A DNA stretch of 64,000 bases from a virus: IMG/VR virus record IMGVR_UViG_3300046457_000175, positions 55,290 to 119,289 of that record, one strand, 5' to 3'. Positions within the stretch are counted from its first letter, which is position 1. Every line of letters starts with the position of its first letter. A program made the translations under genes and the position numbers. Shown one piece after another: positions 17,695 through 26,090 of the stretch. The notes beneath the pieces are model-generated. The model made no database searches. It was not told the origin of the DNA and was given only the letters and a program-made list of their open reading frames with translations.

Positions 17695-18299
17695 TTGGTA
17701 GGTCCGAAGTCGAGTAGCTCAAGTTCCTCGCCAAGCGCCTTGACGAACTCGGCCGGCTTTTCCTTCGCCTCGAAGGCCCGCTGCACCGCTTCCTGGTGGT
17801 CGCTGATCAGATCAGCGTAGCACCACTGCTCCTCGGCTTCGTCGCGGCAGTCCTGGATGAAGCTGTCGCGCTCCCTCGTGGAGGGCGGACACTTGCTGAC
17901 GAACGCTTTGCACCGATCTCGAGACGTTCGGTACAGAGCGCGGAGCTTGTCGGAGCCCTCGACCACCGGCTTGATGTCTTCGTCGGTGAAGTTGAGGCAA
18001 TAGAGCATGAACTGCGGAACGAACTCGAAGTCCCAGCAGACCTCGCCGTCCTTCTCGTCCTCGGTCATGCCGCTCCAGACGTCCTCGATGATCGGCGCCA
18101 TCTGCCACGCCGCACTGCGCATTCCGCGAGCGCCGTAGTCCTCGCCGTATTTGGTCATCTGCCGCTCGGCATCCTTGAAGGGATGATCGTCGGGCAGCGT
18201 GGTGCCGATGATGAGCCGGGTGTCTTCTAGAACCGCGTAGGCAGCCAGCGCGGTCTCGATGATGAGGTAGTTGGTGGTGATGATCTCGGGCGTCTTCAT
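17691..18299 (-). CDS. Hypothetical protein (202 aa)
   Basis: AGGA RBS. Confidence 0.75.
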   Translation of the reverse strand: MKTPEIITTNYLIIETALAAYAVLEDTRLIIGTTLPDDHPFKDAERQMTKYGEDYGARGMRSAAWQMAPIIEDVWSGMTEDEKDGEVCWDFEFVPQFMLYCLNFTDEDIKPVVEGSDKLRALYRTSRDRCKAFVSKCPPSTRERDSFIQDCRDEAEEQWCYADLISDHQEAVQRAFEAKEKPAEFVKALGEELELLDFGPTK

Positions 18300-18302
18300 A
18301 AG

Positions 18303-18518
18303 TCAGTTTCCTTGCGCATTCCGGACGATCTCACGCAGCTCGAAGAAGATTTCGTTGCGAGCTGGGTCGTCCGGGCCGACGTTCTCGATGAACCACCAGG
18401 AGAGGTCTAGCGCTCGCTTTGTTGCGAACGGGTCCGGCGTGATGGACGGCGAGCGGTGCGTCTCGTCGAAGAAAGCCGCGGCTTGGCGGAACTGGGCGTG
18501 TGTCTTCTTGAGCGCCAT
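18303..18518 (-). CDS. Hypothetical protein
   Basis: Coupled ORF. Confidence 0.65.
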   Translation of the reverse strand: MALKKTHAQFRQAAAFFDETHRSPSITPDPFATKRALDLSWWFIENVGPDDPARNEIFFELREIVRNAQGN

Positions 18519-18739
18519 CAGCCCATCCTCGCGTTCAGCTTGTCTTGGATCTCCTTGGCGACGCCAACCCAGGCCTGGCCGCTGATCAGCCCGGTGTCGA
18601 CCTCATTCGGAGCGGCCTTTGAGACCTTCTCCGACCACTTGTCGAGTGCATCGAGCACGAACAGCTGGGCGAGGGCGCCGTACTGGCTGTGGTTCATCAG
18701 GTCGCGGACGAACGCGATGTTGTCCTGTCGCTTAGGCAT
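18518..18739 (-). CDS. Hypothetical protein (73 aa)
   Basis: MPKRQDNIAFV start. Confidence 0.65.
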   Translation of the reverse strand: MPKRQDNIAFVRDLMNHSQYGALAQLFVLDALDKWSEKVSKAAPNEVDTGLISGQAWVGVAKEIQDKLNARMG

Positions 18740-19013
18740 TGACGGTATCCTCAGTGCAGCGGATCGGCATGGCGAATTGCTTGTCCGCACGGGTGAATGC
18801 TCGGGCGCAGTCCCTGCAGTAGTAGAGACGCGCGTCGGTGAAGAACTCGTGGTCCCGCATGTAGAACTGCCTCTGGCCTTCGAGGGGACGCAGGCAGCCG
18901 GACCGGTTGCAGTGACCATCCTTCAGACCCTTGTCCTCGGGATAGCCGTCCTTGTTGTTGCGCATCCGCTTCTGCTGCTCGAACCAGCTCATCTCGGCGA
19001 ACTTCGTGGTCAT
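18732..19013 (-). CDS. Zn-finger-like phage protein
   Basis: KG..DGHCNRSGC...YYCRDCA. Confidence 0.7.
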   Translation of the reverse strand: MTTKFAEMSWFEQQKRMRNNKDGYPEDKGLKDGHCNRSGCLRPLEGQRQFYMRDHEFFTDARLYYCRDCARAFTRADKQFAMPIRCTEDTVNA

Positions 19014-19183
19014 GGTTCGCAGGGCTCCCCATTGCTATCGATCCAACCCAGGTCCAGGCAGACCGGGCATTCGTCGACTGTGTGGTGCTGAGTGCAGCGC
19101 CGACAGCCGGCCTCACGCATCAGGGATGCGGTGATCTCGTCGCTCAGCGCTGCATTGAAGGCGTCGTCCGCGGCATCACCCAT
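19010..19183 (-). CDS. Small Cys-rich protein (57 aa)
   Basis: Own translation MGDAADDAF...CRRC...CPVC. Confidence 0.65.
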   Translation of the reverse strand: MGDAADDAFNAALSDEITASLMREAGCRRCTQHHTVDECPVCLDLGWIDSNGEPCEP

Positions 19184-19427
19184 TGGGGATGTCCTCCAGA
19201 ACGTCGTCGCTCACCCAGATGTAGTGGTAGGTGCTGTCGTGAAGAAACAGCGCCTGCGTGCTGGTCAACAGCTCCACGCTGTGCCGATGCACCGTGTAGC
19301 GGGGACCGTATCCTGTGGTGCGCTTCTCCACGCGGGTGCCGGCCTTAACTGCCAGGCGATGAATGTCCTGGAAGTTGATGATGATGTCGCGGCTGAGCCG
19401 CTTCCACTGCGGTGGGACCTTGCTCAT
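19176..19427 (-). CDS. Hypothetical protein (83 aa)
   Basis: MSKVPPQW start. Confidence 0.6.
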   Translation of the reverse strand: MSKVPPQWKRLSRDIIINFQDIHRLAVKAGTRVEKRTTGYGPRYTVHRHSVELLTSTQALFLHDSTYHYIWVSDDVLEDIPNG

Positions 19428-19627
19428 TTGGCGTCCGAGCAGATCATGTGGGCGGCCTTTTCGAGCGTCTTGGCGTCGGCATCCCATGCCTTGGCGGTGA
19501 TGCCGTCCTGCCAGCTGTGCCGGATGTGCTCGGCCTTCTCGGAGCAGATCAGCGACAGGCCGGTGACGAGATGCGTCAGGCCGTGCCGGTCGATCATGCC
19601 TTCGAGGATCTCGGTGACGTTTTCCAT
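19424..19627 (-). CDS. Hypothetical protein (67 aa)
   Basis: MENVTEILE start. Confidence 0.65.
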   Translation of the reverse strand: MENVTEILEGMIDRHGLTHLVTGLSLICSEKAEHIRHSWQDGITAKAWDADAKTLEKAAHMICSDAK

Positions 19628-19629
19628 GA

Positions 19630-19806
19630 TCAGTCCTGCGGAAAAAGGAGGGCGATTGCTTCGAGTTGTGAGCAGAGGGTGTGGTGGCCGACCGTTTGGC
19701 CGAACTGCCACCACACCCACTGGAAGGTGAAGGGGAGATGCGGGCATGCATCGTCACCCTCCAGGCCAGCTGCATAACCAGCGTCGTAGAACTCGAACGG
19801 GTTCAT
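19630..19806 (-). CDS. Rmf-like motif microprotein (58 aa)
   Basis: Own translation MNPFEFYDAGYAAGLEGDDACPHLPFTFQWVWWQFG. Confidence 0.55.
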   Translation of the reverse strand: MNPFEFYDAGYAAGLEGDDACPHLPFTFQWVWWQFGQTVGHHTLCSQLEAIALLFPQD

Positions 19807-19809
19807 CCC

Positions 19810-19962
19810 TCACGCCTTGCTGTTGAAGTAGATGAGGGTCTCAACCTTGTTGCAGGCCTCGACCTGACGATTGTGCTCGTCGATGTCATCGTGCTCGCTG
19901 ATGACGTTCTGCCGTCCGAGATCGAGGACGATCCTCAGGGCTTCGAGCGTTTCGCTGTCCAT
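19810..19962 (-). CDS. Hypothetical protein (50 aa)
   Basis: Own translation MDSETLEALRIVLDLG. Confidence 0.6.
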   Translation of the reverse strand: MDSETLEALRIVLDLGRQNVISEHDDIDEHNRQVEACNKVETLIYFNSKA

Positions 19963-20018
19963 TTGCATTTGCCTTCAAGCAAGGCCCAAGGCACACCTCG
20001 GGCATGGGGTTGATCGGT

Positions 20019-20258
20019 TCAGTTGTTCAGGCCGGCGTACTTGCTCTGGTCGTCCCAGGACTCATCCCACACGGCCCGCAGCTGGTTGCCGTTCTCCAAC
20101 ACCGTGACGCGCTGCACTCGTCCGCCGCTGTAGCTGATGCCGTTGCGGTAGAAGTCCTGCGCGTCCACGAAGGATCGGAAGTCGTGGATGCCCCATGATC
20201 CGTTGGCGAAGAGGATGGCCACATTGTAGCGGTTCGTCACTATCGTCTCCTGAAACAT
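20019..20258 (-). CDS. Hypothetical protein (79 aa)
   Basis: MFQETIVTNRY start. Confidence 0.6.
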   Translation of the reverse strand: MFQETIVTNRYNVAILFANGSWGIHDFRSFVDAQDFYRNGISYSGGRVQRVTVLENGNQLRAVWDESWDDQSKYAGLNN

Positions 20259-20447
20259 CCCCCACCGTGTCCGCATGTGCGGCGTGCCGTATCACGCAAG
20301 GCAGGCGCTACACGGCGGGGGACGAAAAGCTCCAGCGGATTTGTTGGCACGCCGCTGGTCGTGCAGTGCGTCCGGTCGCTCGCGGCTTCACCGGTCCAAA
20401 AAGAAAAGTCCTCGGTCGTTGATCACAGGGGTTAAAGCCGTCTCGGG

Positions 20448-20591
20448 TTACTTCATTGGGGCATCTCCATCGTTGAAGCTCGGGACCTTCGCCTTGTGCT
20501 TCTTGTTCGGCACAATGCGAGGCTTGTACTTCGGCGTCCGCAGATCACGGGCGATCGGCGAGCGCCTGCTCAGCTTCTTTCGCTTCTTCAT
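20448..20591 (-). CDS. Small basic protein (47 aa)
   Basis: AAGGAG RBS; MKKRKKLSRRSPIARDLRTPKYKPRIVP. Confidence 0.7.
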   Translation of the reverse strand: MKKRKKLSRRSPIARDLRTPKYKPRIVPNKKHKAKVPSFNDGDAPMK

Positions 20592-20829
20592 GTCTGAGAC
20601 TCCTTGAAATGAGTTGGCCGGATAGCGCCGGCCTCGCCACTGCGTTCGGGTCGCAGCAACCAAATATGATTCCCGATTTCTCCCGGGACGCAAACGCACC
20701 AGTCCTGTCATGGGTGGCTATCCTGGCCAGGCGCGGACCATGGGCGCCTATAGCTAAGCCGTTTGATGAGTGGCCCTGCGGATTTTCCCTGCCTTCAGGT
20801 GCAGACCGCTTTACTGCACCACCGGGACC

Positions 20830-21102
20830 TCAAAGCGTCGTGTATTTGCTGTCGAGCAGCTTCCGCCGGATATCCTGGGCGACCCGCTGATTGAAGGCTT
20901 CGATGACCGTGCTGCGCCCGACATTCTCCCGGCCGACGACGATGGCGAAGTCCGCCATCTTCACCGCCGCGAAGGAGTCGGAGGCATCCTGAGAGCGGCC
21001 ATCCTCCACCCAGCGATTGGTCCGATAGTAGAGATCGGACTCGCACCACTGGCGGTCGCTGACCCGGACCCGGGCCAGCATCTCTTCGTGCTCTCGGCTC
21101 AT
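20830..21102 (-). CDS. Hypothetical protein (90 aa)
   Basis: ATGA overlap. Confidence 0.6.
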   Translation of the reverse strand: MSREHEEMLARVRVSDRQWCESDLYYRTNRWVEDGRSQDASDSFAAVKMADFAIVVGRENVGRSTVIEAFNQRVAQDIRRKLLDSKYTTL

Positions 21103-21281
21103 CCCAAGTGCCTCCAGTGCGTCGGCGTGTAGTAGACGTAGGTGGACTCGTCTTCGTGCCACCAGAGCCGACCCTTGCGGATCAGCACCTGAGTATTGCG
21201 GACGCCGTTCTCGTCATCGATCTTGGTCATGACGGGCACATTGGGAGGCGCTGACTCGATCGTGAACCACGGAGGCATCAC
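21099..21281 (-). CDS. Hypothetical protein
   Basis: Coupled ORF. Confidence 0.6.
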   Translation of the reverse strand: MMPPWFTIESAPPNVPVMTKIDDENGVRNTQVLIRKGRLWWHEDESTYVYYTPTHWRHLG

Positions 21282-21475
21282 AGCCGCCAGTGGTTGATGC
21301 GAGCACGCTCCGCCTCGCGGTTGTCGTTGCTGGCCGACGTCTCGACGTAGTCCTCCTTGTCGATCAGGCCAATGAAGTCCGGATCGATATCGACCTTCAG
21401 GCCGCCCATGGGGAGCGAGCAGGGCAGTCTGGCGGCGCAGCGGTAGGCCTCGTCTGTCTTTGCGGTGAGGATCAT
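21278..21475 (-). CDS. Hypothetical protein
   Basis: Coupled ORF. Confidence 0.55.
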   Translation of the reverse strand: MILTAKTDEAYRCAARLPCSLPMGGLKVDIDPDFIGLIDKEDYVETSASNDNREAERARINHWRL

Positions 21476-21723
21476 GTAATCAGACCTTGTTCCTTGGCGA
21501 GATTGTAGAGACGGGCGAACTCCTGGACCTTGTCGAAGTCATCGAGTTCAGCCTGCGCCTCGTTGGCGATGAGGATGTCGTCGTCGCGCTTGGCCTGCTC
21601 CCAACCTTCGGTCCAGGCCCGGCGATCGTATGAGTCCGGAGCATACGGATTGATGAGTTCGGGATCGCCGCCACGGAAGAACGCTTCACGACCTCGTCGA
21701 CGGATGCGGGATGGCGAGGTCAT
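21472..21723 (-). CDS. Rmf-like motif protein (83 aa)
   Basis: RGREAFFRGG...NPY...DRRAWTEGWEQA. Confidence 0.6.
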   Translation of the reverse strand: MTSPSRIRRRGREAFFRGGDPELINPYAPDSYDRRAWTEGWEQAKRDDDILIANEAQAELDDFDKVQEFARLYNLAKEQGLIT

Positions 21724-21896
21724 GCGGCTTCCTTCGCTTCGACGAGTGTCAGCTGGTCCTCGGTGCGGAGCCACTTCACGCGGTCACCATCGCGGACAAT
21801 GTATTCGCCCTTGCTGGTGCCGACGATCTGCCCGACGAAGGAGCCCTTCTCCTTGTAACGGGCAGACCGCACCCACTGCTTGACCTTGAACTTCAT
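21720..21896 (-). CDS. Small SH3/KOW-like protein (58 aa)
   Basis: MKFKVKQWVR...GQIVG...YIVR pattern. Confidence 0.6.
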   Translation of the reverse strand: MKFKVKQWVRSARYKEKGSFVGQIVGTSKGEYIVRDGDRVKWLRTEDQLTLVEAKEAA

Positions 21897-21994
21897 CGGC
21901 GCCGCCTCTTGAGTTCGCTCCATGCGATGCCGGTCAGGACCGCGAGCATATTGATGATCAGCACGATCACGATGATCTGGGCGACGCTAGGCAC
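21893..21994 (-). CDS. Membrane microprotein (33 aa)
   Basis: GTG start; hydrophobic helix then KRRRR. Confidence 0.55.
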   Translation of the reverse strand: MPSVAQIIVIVLIINMLAVLTGIAWSELKRRRR

Positions 21995-22259
21995 GACCCA
22001 CCTCGCACCAGTGCAGATCGAGCGCGCGAACCATGTGCGCCGACGTGAAGGCGACGAAGGTGTCGAACAGCATGCAACGGGCGGCAGTTGCCCGGTTGAC
22101 CACGTAGTGCCGGCCACCGTCGTCCTTGAACTCGAACGCATCCATGCCGCTCTCGCAGAACGTCCGCGTCATCTTCGCAGCCCGGTGCTGGCTTTCGATG
22201 ATGGTCGGGTCGGTCTGGAACGGGTCTGCGGGATGGAATGGAAGAGATGTCAGCATCAA
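21987..22259 (-). CDS. Hypothetical protein
   Basis: GGGAGG RBS. Confidence 0.6.
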   Translation of the reverse strand: MMLTSLPFHPADPFQTDPTIIESQHRAAKMTRTFCESGMDAFEFKDDGGRHYVVNRATAARCMLFDTFVAFTSAHMVRALDLHWCEVGRA

Positions 22260-22465
22260 CGCCTCCCGACGTGCAGGGTGGTGGTTTCAGGGGTGAGGAT
22301 GGCGCGAATGCCATTCACCAGCTCGATGTCGTCCGCGCCGTTCTCGATCAACTTCTCGGCGTGGGCGTAGACCCTCGTGATCGAGGTCATGGGGATCAGG
22401 ATGCCGGTCACCGCCCGCTGGATGCGGGTAGCGTCGATGTCCTTCTGCTTCTTGGTGCGCTTCAC
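22256..22465 (-). CDS. Hypothetical protein (69 aa)
   Basis: GTGA overlap. Confidence 0.55.
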   Translation of the reverse strand: MKRTKKQKDIDATRIQRAVTGILIPMTSITRVYAHAEKLIENGADDIELVNGIRAILTPETTTLHVGRR

Positions 22466-22962
22466 GACACGCCGCCTTCCACCGACTGCCAGCCGGACGG
22501 CACATGACGTGCCTTGACCTGCTCGACAGCCCACGGGTTGAGTTCGAGAGAAGTGGCGATGCGAGACAGCATGTCCGCCACGGCACCGTAGTTCCAGCCT
22601 TGGTGGTCCATGGTCCAGTTGTGGGTGCCGTCGTGGATCGCTTGCAGCGACTTGAGCAAAGCCAGGTGCTGGCCGAACCAAGCCGGCAGCTTGTCGCTGA
22701 AGTAGACGAGCAGGTTTTGGATGCCGGAGCCGCCGCCCTTGTAATGGTGGAGCAGGCTCAGCTGATCCATCGCGGGATCGTAGCTATCGTCCGGGATGAA
22801 GTGCCCGGCGATGCACTCGCGGCCGGTCTGCTTCTGGCGATACTGACAGGCGTCGCCATAGGACTTCTTCTGGGCGGAGGGGCCTTCGGTGGTGGCGAAG
22901 TAGACGCAGGCGACGTCGAAGATTTCCTGCTTGGTCGGAGTGTGGTCGAAAACGTGTGGCAT
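22462..22962 (-). CDS. Conserved phage hypothetical protein (166 aa)
   Basis: CQYR...GRECIAG.FIPD..YDP.M motif. Confidence 0.7.
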   Translation of the reverse strand: MPHVFDHTPTKQEIFDVACVYFATTEGPSAQKKSYGDACQYRQKQTGRECIAGHFIPDDSYDPAMDQLSLLHHYKGGGSGIQNLLVYFSDKLPAWFGQHLALLKSLQAIHDGTHNWTMDHQGWNYGAVADMLSRIATSLELNPWAVEQVKARHVPSGWQSVEGGVS

Positions 22963-23102
22963 TAGGATTTGGCCTTCCATTCGTGCTTCGGGCAGTACTG
23001 CCAGCACTTCGGTTCGAGCGTGTCCTCGGCGCGGATGGCTTCCGCCTTCTCGTCGGAGACGCGGATCACCTCGTCGGTGAGGAGATGTTTCAGGCACTTC
23101 AT
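22962..23102 (-). CDS. Hypothetical protein (46 aa)
   Basis: Coupled ORF. Confidence 0.55.
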   Translation of the reverse strand: MKCLKHLLTDEVIRVSDEKAEAIRAEDTLEPKCWQYCPKHEWKAKS

Positions 23103-23110
23103 GGGGTCAC

Positions 23111-23308
23111 CTACTCGGTTGCGGCGAAACGGAGCAGGAGCCCCGCGAACTGGGCGCACTCGTCCCTGCTGAGGGCGAATTGGATGTCGTTCTCGGGACG
23201 CTGGACCTTGATGCTCAGCGTGTAGGGGTTGGGGATGGCGACGATCCGAACGAAGCCGGTGCTAAATGCTTCCGGCTCGGTCAGTGGCTTCGGCGGCTGC
23301 AGGCCCAT
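23111..23308 (-). CDS. Hypothetical protein
   Basis: GGAGGTGA RBS. Confidence 0.6.
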   Translation of the reverse strand: MGLQPPKPLTEPEAFSTGFVRIVAIPNPYTLSIKVQRPENDIQFALSRDECAQFAGLLLRFAATE

Positions 23309-23311
23309 GGC

Positions 23312-23479
23312 TCACCTCCACATTGCGAAGACGGCGCGGTAGTTGCCGCCGTCCGCGACTTGGTTGAGGGAGAAGGCTGCTTCCCGGGCGATCCGCAGCG
23401 AGCGCATGCGGACCTTGTTGACCGTCCCGTCACGCAGGACGATGAACAGGGTGGGGATCGGGCGAGGGACTCGTCTCAC
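23312..23479 (-). CDS. Hypothetical protein (55 aa)
   Basis: GTG start overlapping previous stop. Confidence 0.45.
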   Translation of the reverse strand: MRRVPRPIPTLFIVLRDGTVNKVRMRSLRIAREAAFSLNQVADGGNYRAVFAMWR

Positions 23480-23640
23480 GACTGCACCTCGCGGACCGGC
23501 CGGACCAGGAACAGGACGCGGCACATCATGCGGTAGAAGCGACGCTGGGCGTGCTGGTCGGTGCAGGCGCGCCAACGGCGAGCGAGGCGCTGATGCAGTT
23601 CGGAGATCTGCTCGGCGGACAGGAAGGACAGCGTCCTCAT
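23476..23640 (-). CDS. Hypothetical protein (54 aa)
   Basis: ATGA overlap. Confidence 0.5.
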   Translation of the reverse strand: MRTLSFLSAEQISELHQRLARRWRACTDQHAQRRFYRMMCRVLFLVRPVREVQS

Positions 23641-23819
23641 TGCCGCACCTCGGCGCTCTTGTCGGCCATGTCGTGGGCGACCAGCAGCAGGTCCGCGATC
23701 AGGTCGTGCAGCTCGGCGCGGGTCATGCTCGGTGCCGGCTTGAACGTGATGCCGACCGTCGACTTCCCGTGGTCCGGTCTGTGGTAGATCGTGTGGTCGA
23801 AGAACTTGGAGACCGTCAT
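23637..23819 (-). CDS. Hypothetical protein (60 aa)
   Basis: CGGAG RBS before MTVSKFF. Confidence 0.6.
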   Translation of the reverse strand: MTVSKFFDHTIYHRPDHGKSTVGITFKPAPSMTRAELHDLIADLLLVAHDMADKSAEVRQ

Positions 23820-23845
23820 GGTCGACTCCGTTTGCGTTTGCGCTG

Positions 23846-23860
23846 TTTGCATTCAAGCAA
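23846..23860 (-). promoter_or_regulatory. Operator-like motif TTGCTTGAATGCAAA
   Basis: Exact copy at head of leftward operon. Confidence 0.7.
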
Positions 23861-23911
23861 GGACAAAGGCAAGCGCAAATTGCCATGTCCGTAGAACTGC
23901 GGATGATGAGA

Positions 23912-24007
23912 TGGCTGCACGAGTGGGCCTCGAACCCACCCCTTTAGTGAAATAATTTCACGTCCACCGGGTCTGCCGGTGCGCTCTACCAGCTGAGCTA
24001 CCGTGCA
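23912..24007 (-). tRNA. Atypical tRNA or tRNA-like RNA, nominal anticodon AGA (Ser), long variable arm
   Basis: TGCACGG TA GCTC AGCTGGTA GAGC G CACCG GCAGACC CGGTG [25-nt extra arm] GTGGG TTCGAGG CCCAC TCGTGCA G CCA. Confidence 0.75.
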
Positions 24008-24036
24008 GCCATCACGCCATCCAAGGGGGCAACCCC

Positions 24037-24065
24037 TTGATTTCCATTTGCATTTGTGCTATAGA
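24037..24065 (+). promoter_or_regulatory. Sigma70-like promoter TTGATT-N17-TATAGA
   Basis: Canonical spacing; divergent from the tRNA-like gene. Confidence 0.5.
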
Positions 24066-24072
24066 AAAGCCA

Positions 24073-24192
24073 ATGGATATCCCGTCTCCGGCCCAGATCG
24101 CGGGCCTTCTTGCCGCCCTCAGCGCCGCCATTTTCGCAGCGCATCTGGTACAGGCATACCGCGACATCAGGGTCGGGGAAATTCCAGAATAA
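24073..24192 (+). CDS. Membrane microprotein (39 aa)
   Basis: Own translation MDIPSPAQIAGLLAALSAAIFAAHLVQAYRDIRVGEIPE. Confidence 0.45.
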   Translation: MDIPSPAQIAGLLAALSAAIFAAHLVQAYRDIRVGEIPE

Positions 24193-24496
24193 TTCCCGGA
24201 ATATTGGCCGCCGGGGGATTTATCGGTCCCGGTTTTCGAATTTCGAAGGCCGCCTCCAGCTCGACGATCGTGGCTTCGATCACGTCGACCGAGACACGGG
24301 GGGAGAAGAGGACCGAGAACGACTCGGCCAGGATCGCCGCCTGCTTCACGGTCAGGCCGGTACGCCCCTGATGGGCGGCATAGAGGACCCTTAGCCGGTC
24401 CCGAGCGTTCCCGGGCCGCATGGCCAGAGTGACGCCAAACCCTACAAATCCAGACATCAGACGCGCTCCTCCATTCGTGGGCCGCCGGTTAGGCAC
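24167..24496 (-). CDS. Hypothetical protein (start uncertain)
   Basis: ORF track. Confidence 0.4.
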   Translation of the reverse strand: MPNRRPTNGGARLMSGFVGFGVTLAMRPGNARDRLRVLYAAHQGRTGLTVKQAAILAESFSVLFSPRVSVDVIEATIVELEAAFEIRKPGPINPPAANIPGIILEFPRP

Positions 24497-24855
24497 ACCC
24501 TCAAGATTGAACTACGCTAGGGGGTACAGAGAGAGGGGGAGAGAGGACGAGCCAGTGCTTGAGCCTGATCTCGTATCCTCTCCAGACGATCGCCTGAGGC
24601 ACACAGAGGGCGCCTACAGCCGGTCAAAACCACCAGATCGAGGCCAGAACCATGAAAGTTCGTCGTTTCGACCTTTCGCTTCCCATAAAAGCAAATTTCC
24701 AATTTCGGACTGAAATCGACCAAACGGGCCTCTCAGAACACCATATGTAGTGCCCAAGAGGCCCAAAATGACCCCAAAAGGGGGGTCTAGACACCTGAAA
24801 TGAGGTGGGACCTACTAGATATTGATTTTGTCCTTGGTCCGAGGACGACGGACAC

Positions 24856-25005
24856 CTATCTGGTGAGGGCTTCGAGCCGGGAGATTTGCATCTCCAGACC
24901 GGATGCCGAGGCTTTGCCGGCGAGATGCCAGCCAGCCCATGCAAACGCACAAAGAAAAACAAACGCGACGGGGAGGGGGATGATGATGCTCGACAGTCTT
25001 CTCAT
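24856..25005 (-). CDS. Membrane microprotein (49 aa)
   Basis: CAGGAG RBS; MRRLSSIIIPLPVAFVFLCAFAWAGW. Confidence 0.6.
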   Translation of the reverse strand: MRRLSSIIIPLPVAFVFLCAFAWAGWHLAGKASASGLEMQISRLEALTR

Positions 25006-25106
25006 GACGTACTCCTGTTTACTGTTTGGTCCCTGGGGTTGATCGCCATCCGGACGCTCAGGCGGGGGTCCGGCTCCCCATGCCCCGGGTTGATCCCGGG
25101 TTGCAT

Positions 25107-25334
25107 TCATGCAAAGCCAAAGGCACGACGAACGGTGACGTCGAGCGGCATGGTTGCCCTCATACGGGAGCCGGTGATGACGGCGTCCTCGAGGTCGTCG
25201 GTGTAGTAGGCACTCGGCTCGGCTGCGGCGTAGCCAAGCTCGGCGTATGAGACGCGGAACTCGCGGTCTTTGCGGCTGATCCGCATTGCGGACATGGCCA
25301 GGCGCTGACGAGCCTCGGTGAGGGTGATCGACAT
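25107..25334 (-). CDS. Conserved phage hypothetical protein
   Basis: EFRVSY...AYYTDDLEDAVITG motif. Confidence 0.7.
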   Translation of the reverse strand: MSITLTEARQRLAMSAMRISRKDREFRVSYAELGYAAAEPSAYYTDDLEDAVITGSRMRATMPLDVTVRRAFGFA

Positions 25335-25361
25335 GGTGGTTCTCGCGATGTGGGGTGTGGG

Positions 25362-25907
25362 TTACTTGGGCAGATGGCGGAGGCGATCGGGGCGATCGAT
25401 CAGGCCGGACCCGCCGACGCGGATGCGCTTACTGAACTGATTGACCTCGATGGCGCCCACGGCTCGGCCATGGGCATCCTCGATCGTGTAGGTCTTGGTG
25501 GTGCGGTACTCGGGCAGCTCGCAGTCGTCGCTGACTGCGTAGGGGTCGCGTCCCTTGCGCTTCTTCGGCGCCTCACGGCGGATGCGGGAGGGTGGCGCGG
25601 GGTCGTAGATCGACTTCGGCTCATAGTGGCCGGTCTTGCCCAGCGGGTCCGGGGTCTCGTTGTGGTCGTCCATGGCCTCGAAGCGCTTGAACTGGGCGTA
25701 CTCGGCTTTGTCGCGGAGGTCAGAGACAGACAGGCGCTCATGCATGGCCGGCACCTTGGGCACTGGGGCGAAGTTGCCAGCCAGCCAGCTGTCGGCGCTC
25801 TCACGCTTGGCGTCGTAGTCGTTCTGCCGGATCTCGCGGAGGACCCGGCGCTCGGCCTCGGTCATGATTTGGCGCGCAGTTGGGCGTTCGATGAAGCGCT
25901 TGGCCAT
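25362..25907 (-). CDS. Hypothetical protein (181 aa)
   Basis: MAKRFIERP start. Confidence 0.7.
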   Translation of the reverse strand: MAKRFIERPTARQIMTEAERRVLREIRQNDYDAKRESADSWLAGNFAPVPKVPAMHERLSVSDLRDKAEYAQFKRFEAMDDHNETPDPLGKTGHYEPKSIYDPAPPSRIRREAPKKRKGRDPYAVSDDCELPEYRTTKTYTIEDAHGRAVGAIEVNQFSKRIRVGGSGLIDRPDRLRHLPK

Positions 25908-26090
25908 CGCAAAATCTCTCAAGATAGGGGTGGGGGTGTTTTGCCCTGAGGGCGAAGGTCGGATTTTGTCGAGGCGCGCTCACGTCCGGGCGCCCGGAGA
26001 AAAGCCGAAAAAAAGCCAGCCGAAAGGCCCCCCGGGGATTACCCGGGAGGTCTCAGGCCGTTGGGTGGTTGAGGGGTAGGCGAGAGGGGC

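Noticed and set aside
20315-20700. GGGACG(C/A)AAA motifs resembling a c-di-GMP-I riboswitch
   Set aside because: On the non-transcribed strand and missing the P1 GAAA tetraloop/receptor architecture
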